Assembly (NCBI GenBank): GCA_963813815.1
Contig: CAWFAD010000008.1
Location: 175,208-239,207 of the forward strand
Direction of reading: 5' to 3'
From: an uncultured bacterium
Lineage (GTDB): Bacteria; Krumholzibacteriota; Krumholzibacteriia; Krumholzibacteriales; Krumholzibacteriaceae
DNA length: 64,000 nucleotides
Shown: in pieces, positions 39,374 to 51,068 of the stretch
How positions within the stretch are numbered: the first letter of the stretch is position 1
Layout: each line of letters starts with the position of its first letter
Translations under genes and position numbers: made by a program
Notes under the pieces: generated by a model
The model's database searches: none
What the model saw: the letters and a program-made list of their open reading frames with translations, nothing else
Told to the model about the DNA's origin: nothing

Positions 39374-42106
39374 CTACCGGAGCAGCACCATCTTGCGGGT
39401 GAGGGTCTCACGGCCGGCCCTGAGCCGGTAGAAATACACGCCCGAGCTCACCGTGCGGCCGGCGTCATCCACGCCGCGCCACTCGATGGAGTGAACCCCG
39501 CGCTCTTGTCGAACGCCCGCGAGCAGCCGCGACACGAGCCTTCCCGAGGCGTCGTAAACCTCGAGCGCCACCGGCGCGGCCTCCGGCAGATAGTAGTCGA
39601 TCGTGGTCGAGGGGTTGAACGGGTTCGGATGGTTCTGCTGAAGCGTGAGCGGCGCCTCGGGCGTCGCCACGGCCTCAGTCTCGAAAAGCGTCCGGCTGCC
39701 CGACTCGTCGACGACGTCGACGCGATAGATATAGGTCGTTCCCGGCTCGACGCTCCGGTCTCACGACGAACGTGAGACCGTCGCGCTCGATCTCGACCGA
39801 GGAGAGCGCCGTGAACGAAGCGCTCGCACCCACGGCGCGCAGCACCTAGAAGCTCGCGTCCGCGTCGACCTCGGAGAGCGTCCACGCGATCTCCACGCAC
39901 GAGCCGGCGAGAGCGGCCGCGTAGCTCTGAAGCAGCGTGCCCACGTTCACGTCCCCGGGGGCGAGAAGGGCCGCGGGCGACGCGTTCCCGTGACGGTCCA
40001 CCGCCACGAGCTTGTAGAAGTAATCGTACGCCTTGACCCACGTCTCGTCGAGATACTCCGTGCCGTCTGTCGAAGCGACGAGGTTCGACGCGTCGGGCAC
40101 GAAGAGCGCGTCGAGGCCCCGGTAAACGTCGTAGCTCGCGAGATCGGAGGCCGGGTTCGCACCGTCCACTCGAGAAGGAGACCAGCCGGCGAGGCGATCT
40201 CGTTCCCCACGAATCCGGTTGTCAAACGCGGCGCGAGGTTGTCGACCGAGTACCCCGTGTCGGGAATCGACGGCGACGAAAACGCCCGCCGTCGTGGTGT
40301 GCGCCGTGACCATGTACACTTCCCACGGTATCCCGGCTTCGGTCGAGTCGTTCCTCGTCGGAACGGCGACGTTGTAGACCGTGTCGCGCATGGCGAACCA
40401 GAATCCGACCGACTCCCACTCGCCCTCGGGCAGGCCGAGGAGCGCCGCGGAGGCGGCGTCGACGTGTACGCCGACGGCATGCTCGGGGTCGGCGAGCAGG
40501 GAAAGAAGGGCCGCGCGGTCCTCCGTCGCGTCGGTCGCGGAGCCGCGTCGCTTCGGGCCGCGTCGTCTCCGCCGATCTCTTCGATCAAGCGCCATACGCT
40601 GTAGCCGAATATCGGGGTCACGAGCTCGCTCGCGGAATCGAGCGACGAGGCTCTCGTCTTGACGCGCACCCAGCCGCCCTGATCCCGGGGCACGTCGAGG
40701 CACGAAATGATCTCTGGCTCGGGATCGCCCCAGAGCCCGCTCGGGCCGATGAACTGCGCGTAGAGATCGTAGCCGCTGCCGCTTCGATCGTCCTCCCACG
40801 CGATGATCACGCCGCCCATCCCGTCGCCGACCGGGACCGGAGCGAACTGGCTATTGTCGGCCTTGCATACGGACGTTCCAAAGGGAAGCGGCCAACGAAG
40901 GGTTCCGTCCGCGCCGATGCGCTGAAGGTAAACGTCGTACTCGTCCTCTTCCCAGTCGTAGATGTCGAGGGGCACGAAGGCGCCGCCGGCGCCGTCCGCG
41001 ATCATGCGAAGATCGTAGTTGCCGGTGGAGCCGTAAACCATGATCCCCTCTTCGTTCCACACGACGCCGGTATCGGGGTTCACGCGCTGGGCATACACCG
41101 AGTAGTCGTCGCCCCGGCTATCGTACCAGGCTATGATCGCGCCGCCCGCGTCGTCCTCGACGATTCGGGGATTGTACTTAGTAGGACCAATACGTCGAGG
41201 CGATGAGGCCCTCGGGCGCCCAGAGCAGGGCGCCGCTCATATCGAGCCGCTGCAGGAATATGTCGTCGTACATCCCCTGATACTCCTGCCCGCGAAGAAC
41301 ACGGTCGATCCGTCGCAGACGAAGCTGAAATCGGATTGATATCTTCCCGGGGCTATGGGAACGCCGTCCACCTGCCACTGTCCCACGCCATCCGCGCCTA
41401 TGCGCTGCGCGTAGATTTCCGACAAACCGTTTCGATAGTCGAACCACGCGATGATCGCTCCGTTGGCATGGTCGGATCGGATTCTCGGATTGTATTGCTC
41501 GCTCGGGTAGGATACGACGGGCACGCCGTACGGCGCCCAGAGCGCGTTGCCGTCGCCGTCGAGGCGCTGGGCATAAACGTCCGCGCCGCCGAATCGATAG
41601 TCGTTCCATGTGATGATGGCCCCGCCGGCGTCATCCGAAACAGCGTAGATCTCCCACTGGTCGCCGGACGTATCGCAAACGGCCACGCCGCCCGGCGTCC
41701 AGAGCGCGTTGCCGTCGCCGTCGACGCGCTGGGCATAGACATCCTGATTTCCCATGCGATAGTCCATCCATACGATGATGGCCCCGCCGGCTCCGTCCGA
41801 AACGATGCGGCACGCCTGCTCGTAGTTGGGGGTGTCGCAAATGGGCACGCCGTTCGCCGTCCACAGCATGTTGCCGCCGGCGTCGACCCGCTGGGCGTAA
41901 ATGCCGGAGCTCATGCCGTCGCGATAGTCCTCCCATGCCATAATCGCCCCGCCGGCGCCGTCGCTCACGGCGACAGCGCTGCGCTGATCGTATATCTCCA
42001 TGCTCACGGGAGCGCCATTCGCGACCCACTCAGCCACGGCGGGCGCCGCGAGCGCGCAAACGCATAGCAGAGCGAGCGCCAATGAGAAGACGTAACTTCT
42101 CGACAT
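39374..42106 (-). CDS. Secreted repeat (beta-propeller-like) protein with FlgD-Ig/T9SS-like C-terminus; several frameshifts as assembled
   Basis: Fragments 41237-42106, 39947-41098, 39846-40799 and 39374-39670 join; repeats DGAGGAIIxWxDYR...YAQRxD..G..LW; QNHPNPFNPSTT...KMVLLR. Confidence 0.8.
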
Positions 42107-42269
42107 TCCGGACCCTCCTTGTGAAAACGCTAATCATTCCTCATGCCGAAATTGTTGCGACAAGCAATTCTCGGGCCGTATCGGCGGGCTTCCATGGCGA
42201 AACGCGCCCGGCAGCGGTCGATTTTTCAATTGACATCGGTCGCGTATTATTTAAACATATGCTATATCT

Positions 42270-42301
42270 TTTAATAGCGGGCGGCGCTATTAAAGCGCCG
42301 C
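42270..42301 (+). promoter_or_regulatory. Overlapping inverted repeats upstream of fic
   Basis: TTTAATAGCG-5 nt-CGCTATTAAA, overlapping GCGGCGCT-5 nt-AGCGCCGC. Confidence 0.5.
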
Positions 42302-42319
42302 CGCGCGGGAGACCGAGCG

Positions 42320-43483
42320 ATGAAACGAGGCACGACGGGCAGATATGAGATTTCGAGCGCCGGAGGCGAATCGGTTCGCGCCTTCGTGCCCCGCCCGCTG
42401 CCGCCGTCCCCACCCCTCAAATTGGACGGCGCGCTCAACGAGCGGCTCGAGGAAGCGCACCTCGCTCTCGGGAGGCTCGACGGCATCTCGAGCCTTCTCC
42501 CCGACACCTCGCTCTTTCTCTACTCCTACGTGCGAAAGGAAGCCGTTCTATCGTCACAGATCGAGGGAACGCAGTCCTCTCTTTCGGATCTTCTTCTGTT
42601 TGAGATGCGCGGCGCTCCGGGCGTCCCGCTCGACGACGCGCTCGAGGCGTCCAGCTACGCAGCGGCGATGGAGCTCGGTCTCCGAAGGCTCAAGGGTGGC
42701 TTCCCGCTCAGCAATCGTCTCATCCGCGAGATGCACGCGAAGCTTCTCGAGCGCGGACGCGGGAGCGAAAAGGAGCCGGGACGTTTTCGGCGGAGCCAGA
42801 ACTGGATCGGCGGAACGCGTCCGGGAAACGCCGCATTCGTGCCGCCGCCGCCGCACGCGGTGGCCGACTGCATGTCGGAGCTCGAGAAGTTTCTTCACGG
42901 CCGCCGGGGGCGGCTCCCGGCGCTCGTTCGAGCGGGGCTCGCGCACGCGCAGTTCGAAACGATCCACCCGTTCCTCGACGGAAACGGCCGCATCGGTCGC
43001 CTTCTCATTACGCTGCTGCTGTGCCAGGCGGGCATTCTCGGGGAACCGCTGCTCTACCTCAGCCTCCACTTCAAGCAGCACAGAGACAAATACTACCGCC
43101 TCCTCGGCGAGGTTCGCACGACGGGCGAATGGGAAGCCTGGCTCTCGTTCTTCCTCAACGGGGTTCGCCTGACCGCTGACGGCGCCGTCGCGACGGCCCG
43201 CAGGCTCCTCGATCTTTTCGAGAGGGACGAAAAGCGCATCCGCGCCCGCGGCCGCGCGGCGAGTTCGGCCGTGCGCATCCATCGGGCGCTCCGGGCGAGG
43301 CCCGTTATCTCTCTGCGGGAGGCCGCCGCCAGGGCCGGGGTTTCGTTCCCCACCGCCTCGGCGGCGATGAGCCTTCTCCAGGAGCTCGGCGTCGCCCGGG
43401 AGCTCACGGGGAAAAGACGCGACCGCCTGTTCCTGTACTCGCGCTACGTCGAGATTCTGAGCGAGGGGACGGAGCCGCTGTAG
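42320..43483 (+). CDS. Fic family protein with N-terminal inhibitory motif and C-terminal HTH
   Basis: HPFLDGNGRIGR catalytic motif; SSQIEG inhibitory motif; FRRSQNWIGG. Confidence 0.93.
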   Translation: MKRGTTGRYEISSAGGESVRAFVPRPLPPSPPLKLDGALNERLEEAHLALGRLDGISSLLPDTSLFLYSYVRKEAVLSSQIEGTQSSLSDLLLFEMRGAPGVPLDDALEASSYAAAMELGLRRLKGGFPLSNRLIREMHAKLLERGRGSEKEPGRFRRSQNWIGGTRPGNAAFVPPPPHAVADCMSELEKFLHGRRGRLPALVRAGLAHAQFETIHPFLDGNGRIGRLLITLLLCQAGILGEPLLYLSLHFKQHRDKYYRLLGEVRTTGEWEAWLSFFLNGVRLTADGAVATARRLLDLFERDEKRIRARGRAASSAVRIHRALRARPVISLREAAARAGVSFPTASAAMSLLQELGVARELTGKRRDRLFLYSRYVEILSEGTEPL

Positions 43484-43666
43484 AGAGGGGCATCTCGCCT
43501 GTTTGCAGGCCCTTCGCCGGCGCCGCGCCTCCGCGCGCCCAAGGCGGCCGCGCGAATATTTAGTTGAAAAATTCCGCCATCTCTTGTAATTTCAACTCAT
43601 AGCGTTTTCGAGCGAACTGACCGAATCATAACCGACTATCGCTCACCCACCGGGAGGAATCCTTCT

Positions 43667-45445
43667 ATGGAAATGCTTCTCTCCGGAAACGAGGCCGTCG
43701 CGCGCGGGATGTACGAGCACGGCGGCGAGTTCGCCTCGGCGTACCCGGGCACCCCGAGCACCGAGATCCTCCAGACGATCGCGCGCTTCTTCAAGGACGA
43801 CGTCTACGCGGAGTGGTCGACCAACGAAAAGGTCGCGCTCGAGGTGGCGGTCGGGGCGAGCTACGGCGGCGCGCGCTCGCTCGCCGCGATGAAGCACGTG
43901 GGCGTGAACGTCGCGGCCGACCCGCTCATGACGCTCTCGTACACGGGGGTCGGCGCCGGGCTCATCCTCGTGAGCGCGGACGACCCAAGCCTCCATAGCT
44001 CGCAGAACGAGCAGGACAACCGCTGCTTCGGCAAGTTCGCCTCTATCCCCGTGCTCGAGCCGGCCGACAGCCAGGATTCGCTCAATATGGTCAAGGACGC
44101 CTTCGAGATCAGCGAGAAGTTCGACACCCCGGTCCTCTTCCGGATGACGACGCGGATCTCGCACTCGAAGGGGCTCGTCAAGATCGGCGAGCGGCGCAAG
44201 GCCGAGCACGCCGGGTTCGAAAGGAACATCGCCAAATACGTCATGGTCCCCTCGAACGCCGCGGTGCGCCATCAGCTCGTGATCGAGCGCCTCGAGGCGC
44301 TCAAGGTCTTCGCCGAAACGACCCATCTCAACAAGGTCGAGATGGGCGACCACAAGGTCGGCATCATCACGGGGAGCGTGGCCTACCAGTACGCGAAAGA
44401 GGTCATGCCGAAGGCGAGCTTTTTGAAAATCGGCCTCGGCTATCCCCTGCCAATGAACAAGATCATGGACTTCGCGCGGGAGGTCGAGCGGCTCTTCGTC
44501 GTCGAGGAGCTCGAGCCCTTCTACGAAGAGCAGATCCTCGCGGCGGGGATCCCGTGCGAGGGGAAGAAGTGGTTCTCGAACTTCATGGAGCTCAATGTCG
44601 AGCGCGTGCGCGACGGATTCATCGCGGCGGGCGTGCTCCCGAAGAGCGCCGCGCCCGCGAAGCAGGCCGAGGAGAAGGTGCTCCCGCGGCCGCCGGTGCT
44701 GTGCCCGGGATGCCCGCACCGCGGCGTCTCGATGGCGCTTCGCAAGCTCGGCGTCGTCGTGACGGGGGATATCGGCTGCTACACCCTCTCGGCGCTCCCG
44801 CCGCTCGAGACCGTGGACACGTGCCTCTGCATGGGGGCCTCGATCAGCCACGCCTTCGGCATCGAGAAGGCGAAAAAGACGAAGAAAAAGGCCGTCGCCA
44901 TGATCGGCGACTCGACCTTTCTCCATAGCGGCATCACGGCGCTCGCGAACGTTGTCTACAACAGAGGCGAGACGACGACGATCATCGTCGACAACCGCAT
45001 CACCGCCATGACGGGCGGGCAGGACCACCCGGGGACGTCGAAGACGCTCATGGGGGAGCGGACGAACGCCGTCGATCTCGAGGCGATCTGCCGCGCGGTC
45101 GGCGTGGAGCACGTGCGGAAGATCGATCCCTACGATCAGGAAGCGACGCTCGCGATTCTCAAGGAGGAGGTCGAGCGGCCCGCGGCGTCGGTCGTCATCA
45201 CGACGCGGCCGTGCATGCTCTTCCCGAGCAAGATAAAGACGGTCAGGACGTTCCGCATCCTGCTCGACAAGTGCACGGCCTGCGGCGCCTGCTTCCGAAT
45301 CGGGTGCCCGGCGATCTCGACGGCGGAGGAGAAGAACGAGAAGGGGCGGCCGAAATCGCTCATCGACCCCGAGCTCTGCACGGGATGCTCGCTCTGCTTC
45401 CAGGTGTGTCCGAGCGAAGCGATCGTCGAAGTGAAGAAGGCATAA
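43667..45445 (+). CDS. iorA: Indolepyruvate ferredoxin oxidoreductase alpha subunit
   Basis: SGNEAVARG, YPGTPSTEI, MKHVGVNVAAD, SSQNEQD, CPGCPHR, GDIGCY, GDSTFLHSG, two 4Fe-4S motifs. Confidence 0.95.
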   Translation: MEMLLSGNEAVARGMYEHGGEFASAYPGTPSTEILQTIARFFKDDVYAEWSTNEKVALEVAVGASYGGARSLAAMKHVGVNVAADPLMTLSYTGVGAGLILVSADDPSLHSSQNEQDNRCFGKFASIPVLEPADSQDSLNMVKDAFEISEKFDTPVLFRMTTRISHSKGLVKIGERRKAEHAGFERNIAKYVMVPSNAAVRHQLVIERLEALKVFAETTHLNKVEMGDHKVGIITGSVAYQYAKEVMPKASFLKIGLGYPLPMNKIMDFAREVERLFVVEELEPFYEEQILAAGIPCEGKKWFSNFMELNVERVRDGFIAAGVLPKSAAPAKQAEEKVLPRPPVLCPGCPHRGVSMALRKLGVVVTGDIGCYTLSALPPLETVDTCLCMGASISHAFGIEKAKKTKKKAVAMIGDSTFLHSGITALANVVYNRGETTTIIVDNRITAMTGGQDHPGTSKTLMGERTNAVDLEAICRAVGVEHVRKIDPYDQEATLAILKEEVERPAASVVITTRPCMLFPSKIKTVRTFRILLDKCTACGACFRIGCPAISTAEEKNEKGRPKSLIDPELCTGCSLCFQVCPSEAIVEVKKA

Positions 45446-45458
45446 GGAGAATATCGAC

Positions 45459-46040
45459 ATGAAGAACGGTACGACAAACGTGCTGATCGTCGGCGTGGGC
45501 GGACAGGGCGTGCTGCTGGCGAGCGAGATGCTCTGCGAGGTCGCGAAGGTGCTCGGCCTCGACACGAAAAAGAGCGAGGTCCACGGGATGTCGCAGCGCG
45601 GCGGGGTCGTGACGAGCCACGTGCGCTTCGGGAAAAAGGTCTACTCCCCGCTCATCGCCGAGGGGGAGGCGGACGTCATTCTCGGCTTCGAGATCGCCGA
45701 GGCGCTCCGGTGGGTGCACTATCTCAGGCCCGGCGGCACGATCATCGTGAACGAGCAGAAGATAGTCCCGCCGATCACGACGACGGGCAAGTTCAGGTAC
45801 CCCGAGAAGGTCGAGGAAGCGATACAGAAACGCGTGCCGAACACGAAGGTCATCGACGCCTACGCGATCGCCCAGAAGCTCGGCAACACGCGCCTCGTGA
45901 ACACGATACTCCTCGGCGTTCTCAGCAACGCCATAGACCTCGAGCAGGAGAAGTGGCTTCAGGTGATCGACCGGATGGCCCCGAAGGGCACGGGCGAGAT
46001 CAACAAGAAGGCCTTCCTCGAGGGCCGGGCGCTCAGCTGA
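45459..46040 (+). CDS. iorB: Indolepyruvate ferredoxin oxidoreductase beta subunit
   Basis: GVGGQG, SEVHGMSQRGGVVTSHVRFG, NKKAFLEG. Confidence 0.95.
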   Translation: MKNGTTNVLIVGVGGQGVLLASEMLCEVAKVLGLDTKKSEVHGMSQRGGVVTSHVRFGKKVYSPLIAEGEADVILGFEIAEALRWVHYLRPGGTIIVNEQKIVPPITTTGKFRYPEKVEEAIQKRVPNTKVIDAYAIAQKLGNTRLVNTILLGVLSNAIDLEQEKWLQVIDRMAPKGTGEINKKAFLEGRALS

Positions 46041-46046
46041 CCGCGT

Positions 46047-49000
46047 CTACTTGCTCTTGTCGGGATAGGGCGGCGGCGGCGCGATGGTCGCCGGCTGCTT
46101 CTTCATGAGCTCCTTGATTTCCGCTATCGCCCGGTCGAGCTGATCGTCGGCGCCGGCGAACTCGCGGGCCGGGTCGTTGTCGACCATGATGTCGGGCTCG
46201 ACGCCCACGCCCTCCATGATCCATTCCTTGCCATCGACGTCGTAGCGGGAGAACTCGGGCCGGTTCAAGAACCCGCCGTCGAGGAGCGGGAGCGAGCCGC
46301 GGATGCCGACGACCCCGCCCCACGTGCGCTTGCCGATCACGGGGCCGAGGCGGTGCTTCTTGAACCGGTACGCGACGATGTCGCCGTCAGAGGCCGAGAA
46401 CTCGTCCACGAGGAGCACCTTGGGCCCCAGCACCATGCCGTCGGGATCGGGGGCCGGCGCCGCGTTGCGCGAGATGTCGATCATCGCGACCTCGCGGCGG
46501 AGCCGCTCGATGATTTGCGATGAGACGTTCCCGCCGCCGTTCCCGCGAGCGTCGACGATGAGGGCATCCTTCCGAAGCTGCGGGTAGTAGTATTTCACGA
46601 AGGCGTTGAGGCCGTAGACGCCCATGTCGGGAATGTGAACGTAGCCGACTTTTCCATTCGTGGCCTTCGCGACCTTCTCGATGTTGCCCTGAACCCAGCG
46701 ATAGTAGTAGAGCTCGCCCTCGTCATTCGTCGGGACGACGACCGTCTCGCGGCTCCCGTCGACCTTGGGCGCCGAGCCGAGCCGCAGCGTCACCTGTTTG
46801 CCGGCCTTGCCGACGAGCGCTTCGTAGAGATCGGGAATCGCGTTCGCCGGCTTGCCGTCGACCGCGAGGATGTAGTCGCCCTCGCGCGCCGTCACGCCGA
46901 TCTCGGTGAGGGGCGAGCGGAGGCCTTGGTCCCAATTCTGCCCCTCGAGGATCTCCTTGATGCGGTAGTAGCCCGTGGCCGCGTCGCGCTCGATGCGGGC
47001 GCCGAGGAGGCCCGTCGGGATGCGCTCGGGGCGGGGGTAGTCGCCGCCGCCCACGTAGGCGTGGCCCACGGAGAGCTCGGAGATCATCTCGCCTATGATG
47101 TAGGTGAGGTCCGCGCGGTGGTTCACGAACGGGAGGAGCGGCTCGTATTTGTCGCGCATCCCTTTCCAGTCGACGCCGTGGAGGTTCGGGTCGTACACGA
47201 AATCCCTCATCTGCCGCCAGCACTCGCGGTAGATCTGATCCCACTCGGCGCGGCGGTCGAGATTGACCTGCATGTTCGAGAGGTCGAGCTTGTCCTTGAC
47301 CTCGAGCTTCGCCGAGGGGAGATCGACGATGGCGTAGCCGCCCTCGAGCGCGACGAGCATCTTTTTGCCGTCCGATGAGATCTCGAAGCCGCGGAGCTCG
47401 CCGATCTCGGTTTCCTTGCGCTCGTCGAGGTCGTAGACGAAGAGCTTCGCCTTTTCGTCGCGGCTGCCGTTGCGGTTGTAGTAGAGCTTGGCGCCGACGG
47501 ACTGGATGCCCCGGTAGTTCGACGGAGAAATCGGGAGCGCCGCGACGCGCGACTGAATCCCCTCGGCGTCCACCTTGACGGCGGGCTTCGCCTCGGGCTC
47601 TTTGCCCTTGTCGCCGTCTTTCTTGTCGGCTTTCGTCCTTGGCGGAAGCCTTCTCCGCCTCGCCCACGCTCACCTCGTCGCTCTTCGGCTCGAAGGGGGA
47701 TTTCGTGTCGGCGGCGAGGGTGACGAGGTAGATGCCGGCGAGATCGCGATAGATGTGGTTCCACTCGAGCTGCCCGTAGCTCGGCGAGAAGCTGCGGTCC
47801 GAGATGAAGAAGAGGTACTTGCCGTCGGAGCTGAAAGCGGGCTCGTAGGAGTTGAACCAGCCGTCGGTGACCTCGATCGTTTTCTTCGAATCGACGCCGT
47901 AGAGCTGGATCGTCGCCATCTGGGTCTCTTCGGGCCTCGCGTACGCGATCCATTTGCTGTCGTGGGACCAGCAGTAGTCGCCGAACTCCCACACCGTCGC
48001 CTGCGCGACGAGCGTGACCTTGCCCGATTCGACGTCGACGTACTGGAGGCGGAGCTTCTTGTCGGCCCAGAGGAGCTTCTTGGAGTCGGGCGACCAGAGG
48101 ACGCGGTACTTGTAGGTGTCGCCGCCCTTCGTGAGCTGCCTCGCGGGCGCGCTCCCGTCCTGCGGCATGAGCCAGAGCTCGTCCTCGCCCGTGGCGTCGG
48201 AGACGAAGGCGATCCACTTGCCGTCGGGGGACCATTTCGAGCTGCGCTCGTGGACGCCGGGGGTCGAGGTGAGGTTTCGCGTGTTGCCGTGCTTTGTGGG
48301 AACGGTGAACACGTCGCCGCGCGCGCCGAAGAGGGCGCGGGCGCCGTCGGGGGCGATCTCGAAATTGGTGATCTCTTTGTCGACGCTCCGCAGGCCGCCG
48401 CGGCCCGAGGCGAAGTCCTCGACGATCGAGATAGAGAGCTTTTTCGTCTCGCCCGAGGCGAGGTCGTGGCGGTAGATGTACCCGCCATTTTCGAAAACGA
48501 TCGCTTTGTCCCCGAGAGAGGGGAACTTGACGTCGAACTCGGCGAACTCGGTGAGCCGGCGAGTCTCGCCGGAGCCGAGATCGTGGACGTAGAGGTTCAT
48601 CTTCTTGTTGTCGTCGCGGTCCGAGAGGAAGTAGATCTTGCTCCCGCTCCACATCGGGAAGACGTCTTGAGCGGGATTGCTCGTGACGTTGGTCGTGGCC
48701 TTGGTCGCGAAATCGTATATCGAGATGTCGTCGGCCTGACCGCCGCGGTAGCGCTTCCACGTGCGGAACTCGCGGAAGACGCGGTTGTAGGCCATTTGCT
48801 TGCCGTCGGGCGAGAAGGAGCACCAGCCGCCGCGCGGGAGCGGGAGCTGCTCGGAGAGGCCGCCCTCGACGGAGACGCTGAAGAGCTGTCCCTTGAAGTC
48901 GTTCCACTCATGCTGGCGGGAGCGATAGACGATGTGCCCGTCATCCTTCCACGTCATGACGATGTTGTTGGGGCCCATGCGGTCCGAAACGTCGTCGCGG

Positions 49001-49348
49001 CCGAGGGTCGCGGTGAAGGTGACGCGCCGCGGGACGCCGCCCTCGGCCGGCATGACGTAGACCTCGGTGTTCCCGTCGTACTGCCCCGTGAAGGCGATTC
49101 GGCTCGCCGTCGGGCGAGAAGCGGGCGAACATCTCGAAGCCCGCATCCGAGGTGAGCCGCCGGGCCACGCCCCCCGCCGCGGGGACGGTGTAGAGATCCC
49201 CCGCGTAGGTGAAGACGACCCGGTCCCCGTGAATGGCGGGGAAGCGGAGAAGCCGCGTCTCGGGCTCAGCCGAGAGGGCCGGGGCACCGAGCGGCAGCGC
49301 GCCGAGCAAAACGAGCGCCGCGAGGCAGATCGAAGAGAACCGCATCAT
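46047..49348 (-). CDS. Second tricorn protease (S41); frameshifted near 49100 and 47630 as assembled
   Basis: RLLRFPAIHGD, RTWKRYRGG, ELSVGHAY, DARGNGGG, SASDGD, GKRTWGG spread over three frames. Confidence 0.88.
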
Positions 49349-49473
49349 GGGAACGCTCCTCGGGTGAATTGTGAAAAAGGGTTCAGGGAACACTTCTACG
49401 CTACATTTCGTATAATACAGCAAGCTACCGATAGTTCCAGCGAAGAATGCCGTCGAAATCGAGGAGGATCACG

Positions 49474-50981
49474 ATGATGATAAGTCGGTCATTGCGCGTT
49501 TCGTTTGCGCTCGCCGCGGCGCTTTTGCTCTTCGGGGCGGCGCTCGCGCCGGTCGCGGCCCAGGACCCCTACAAAGACGACCCCAAGATCCCCGACACGC
49601 CAGCCTGCAAGCGGGCCCTCGAGCTCATCGACCTTGTGAACAAGGGGGATCAGGACAAGGCCCGCGCATATATTCTGGAGAATTTCACGCCGGAGTTCAG
49701 GGATATGACTCCCATGGAGGAGCACCTGAGGACCTTCTACGCCATTCGAGCGCAGAGCGACGGGTACGACACTCATTCGGCTCGCATCTACGACCCGGCG
49801 CGACCGGCCACGAACGCCACCATTATCGTGCGAAACCGGCTGAGCGAGGCGTGGGAGGCGTTCGTCGTGGACGTCGAGGAGGCGGCGCCCCACCGCATCG
49901 CCTCTCTCAGAGTCGCCCCCGCCCGCGCACCGACGGACATCGCGCCCGAAAAGCCCCTCTCGGAGGCCGAGATCGCGAAGCAGCTCGGCGCCTACATCGA
50001 TCGCCTCGCGGCCCGGGATCTCTTTAGCGGCACGGTGCTCCTCGCGAAGGACGGGAAGCCCTTTTTCACGAAGGCGGTCGGAATCGCGAACCGCGACTTC
50101 ATGGCGCCCGTGCGGCTCGACACCAAGTTCAACACGGGCTCGATGTTCAAAATGCTCACGGCCGTCGCGATCGCCCAGCTCGCCGAGGGGGGAAACTCTC
50201 CTTCGACGACAAGATCGGGAAGTTCCTCGGAACCGATTGGCTCGCGCAGCCGATTCTGGATAAGGTCACGATCGAGCAGCTCCTCACGCACACCTCCGGG
50301 CCTCGGGAGCTATTTCAACGAGACGTACGACCGCACGCTCGAGGCTTCTCTTCCGGAAGGTCGAGGACTACAAGCCGCTCGTCATCAGCGACACCCTCGC
50401 CTTCGAGCCCGGGACGAAGTGGCAGTACAGCAACACGGGATTCCTGCTGCTCGGCGCCATCGTCGAAAAGGCGAGCGGGGAGGACTACTTCGACTATATC
50501 CGGGGCCACGTGACGGGCCCCGCCGGGATGAAGAACACCGACTGCTACGAGCTCGACCTCGTGAATCCGAATCTCGCGATCGGCTACGACAAGGAGCCGG
50601 GGCCGAATGGCGTCGTCTATCGCAACAACATCTTCCAGCACGTCCTGCGCGGCGGCCCCGCTGGCGGCGGCTATACGACCGTCGAGGATCTCCTCGCCTT
50701 CGACGTCGCGCTGCGGGCCGGCAAGCTCGTCTCGAAGGAAACGCTCGAAAAGCTGTGGCGGGCGTACCCCGAAAAGAGCTCGCCGCAGTACGGTTACGGC
50801 TTCGGCGTTTTTCAGTCACCGATCGGCCGCGCCGTCGGCCACAGCGGAGGTTTCGCCGGCATCAGCGGAGAGCTCGATGATGTTCCTCGATGCCGGCTAC
50901 ACGATGGCCGTGCTCTCGAACTACGGCGACGGCGCGCCAATGGTGGGGCAGAAGATCTCGAATCTCATCGGGAGGAAGTGA
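49474..50981 (+). CDS. Exported serine hydrolase (beta-lactamase-related); several frameshifts as assembled
   Basis: FSGTVLLAKDG, SMFK (SxxK), LLTHTSG, YSNTGF, GHSGG spread across frames. Confidence 0.83.
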
Positions 50982-51029
50982 CAGACGACCACGGAAAACA
51001 TTGATCAGACTAAGGGATGAAAAGACGCC

Positions 51030-51058
51030 TTGAGATTCATGAGGCAGTGCTCTACACT
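51030..51058 (+). promoter_or_regulatory. sigma70-type promoter of the island operon (very short leader)
   Basis: TTGAGA-17 nt-TACACT, 10 nt before ATG 51069. Confidence 0.55.
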
Positions 51059-51068
51059 ATGCCCCGCT

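Noticed and set aside
41500..41960. Near-identical nucleotide repeats (CAGAGCGCGTTGCCGTCGCCGTCGA) that might suggest a DGR template/variable pair
   Set aside because: Protein domain repeats; no adenine-specific pattern noticed and no reverse transcriptase in the window
49474..50981. Beta-lactam resistance locus (serine hydrolase plus BlaI/BlaR1-like genes)
   Set aside because: The genes are not adjacent, the M56 proteins lack a penicillin-binding domain, and the hydrolase family is broad
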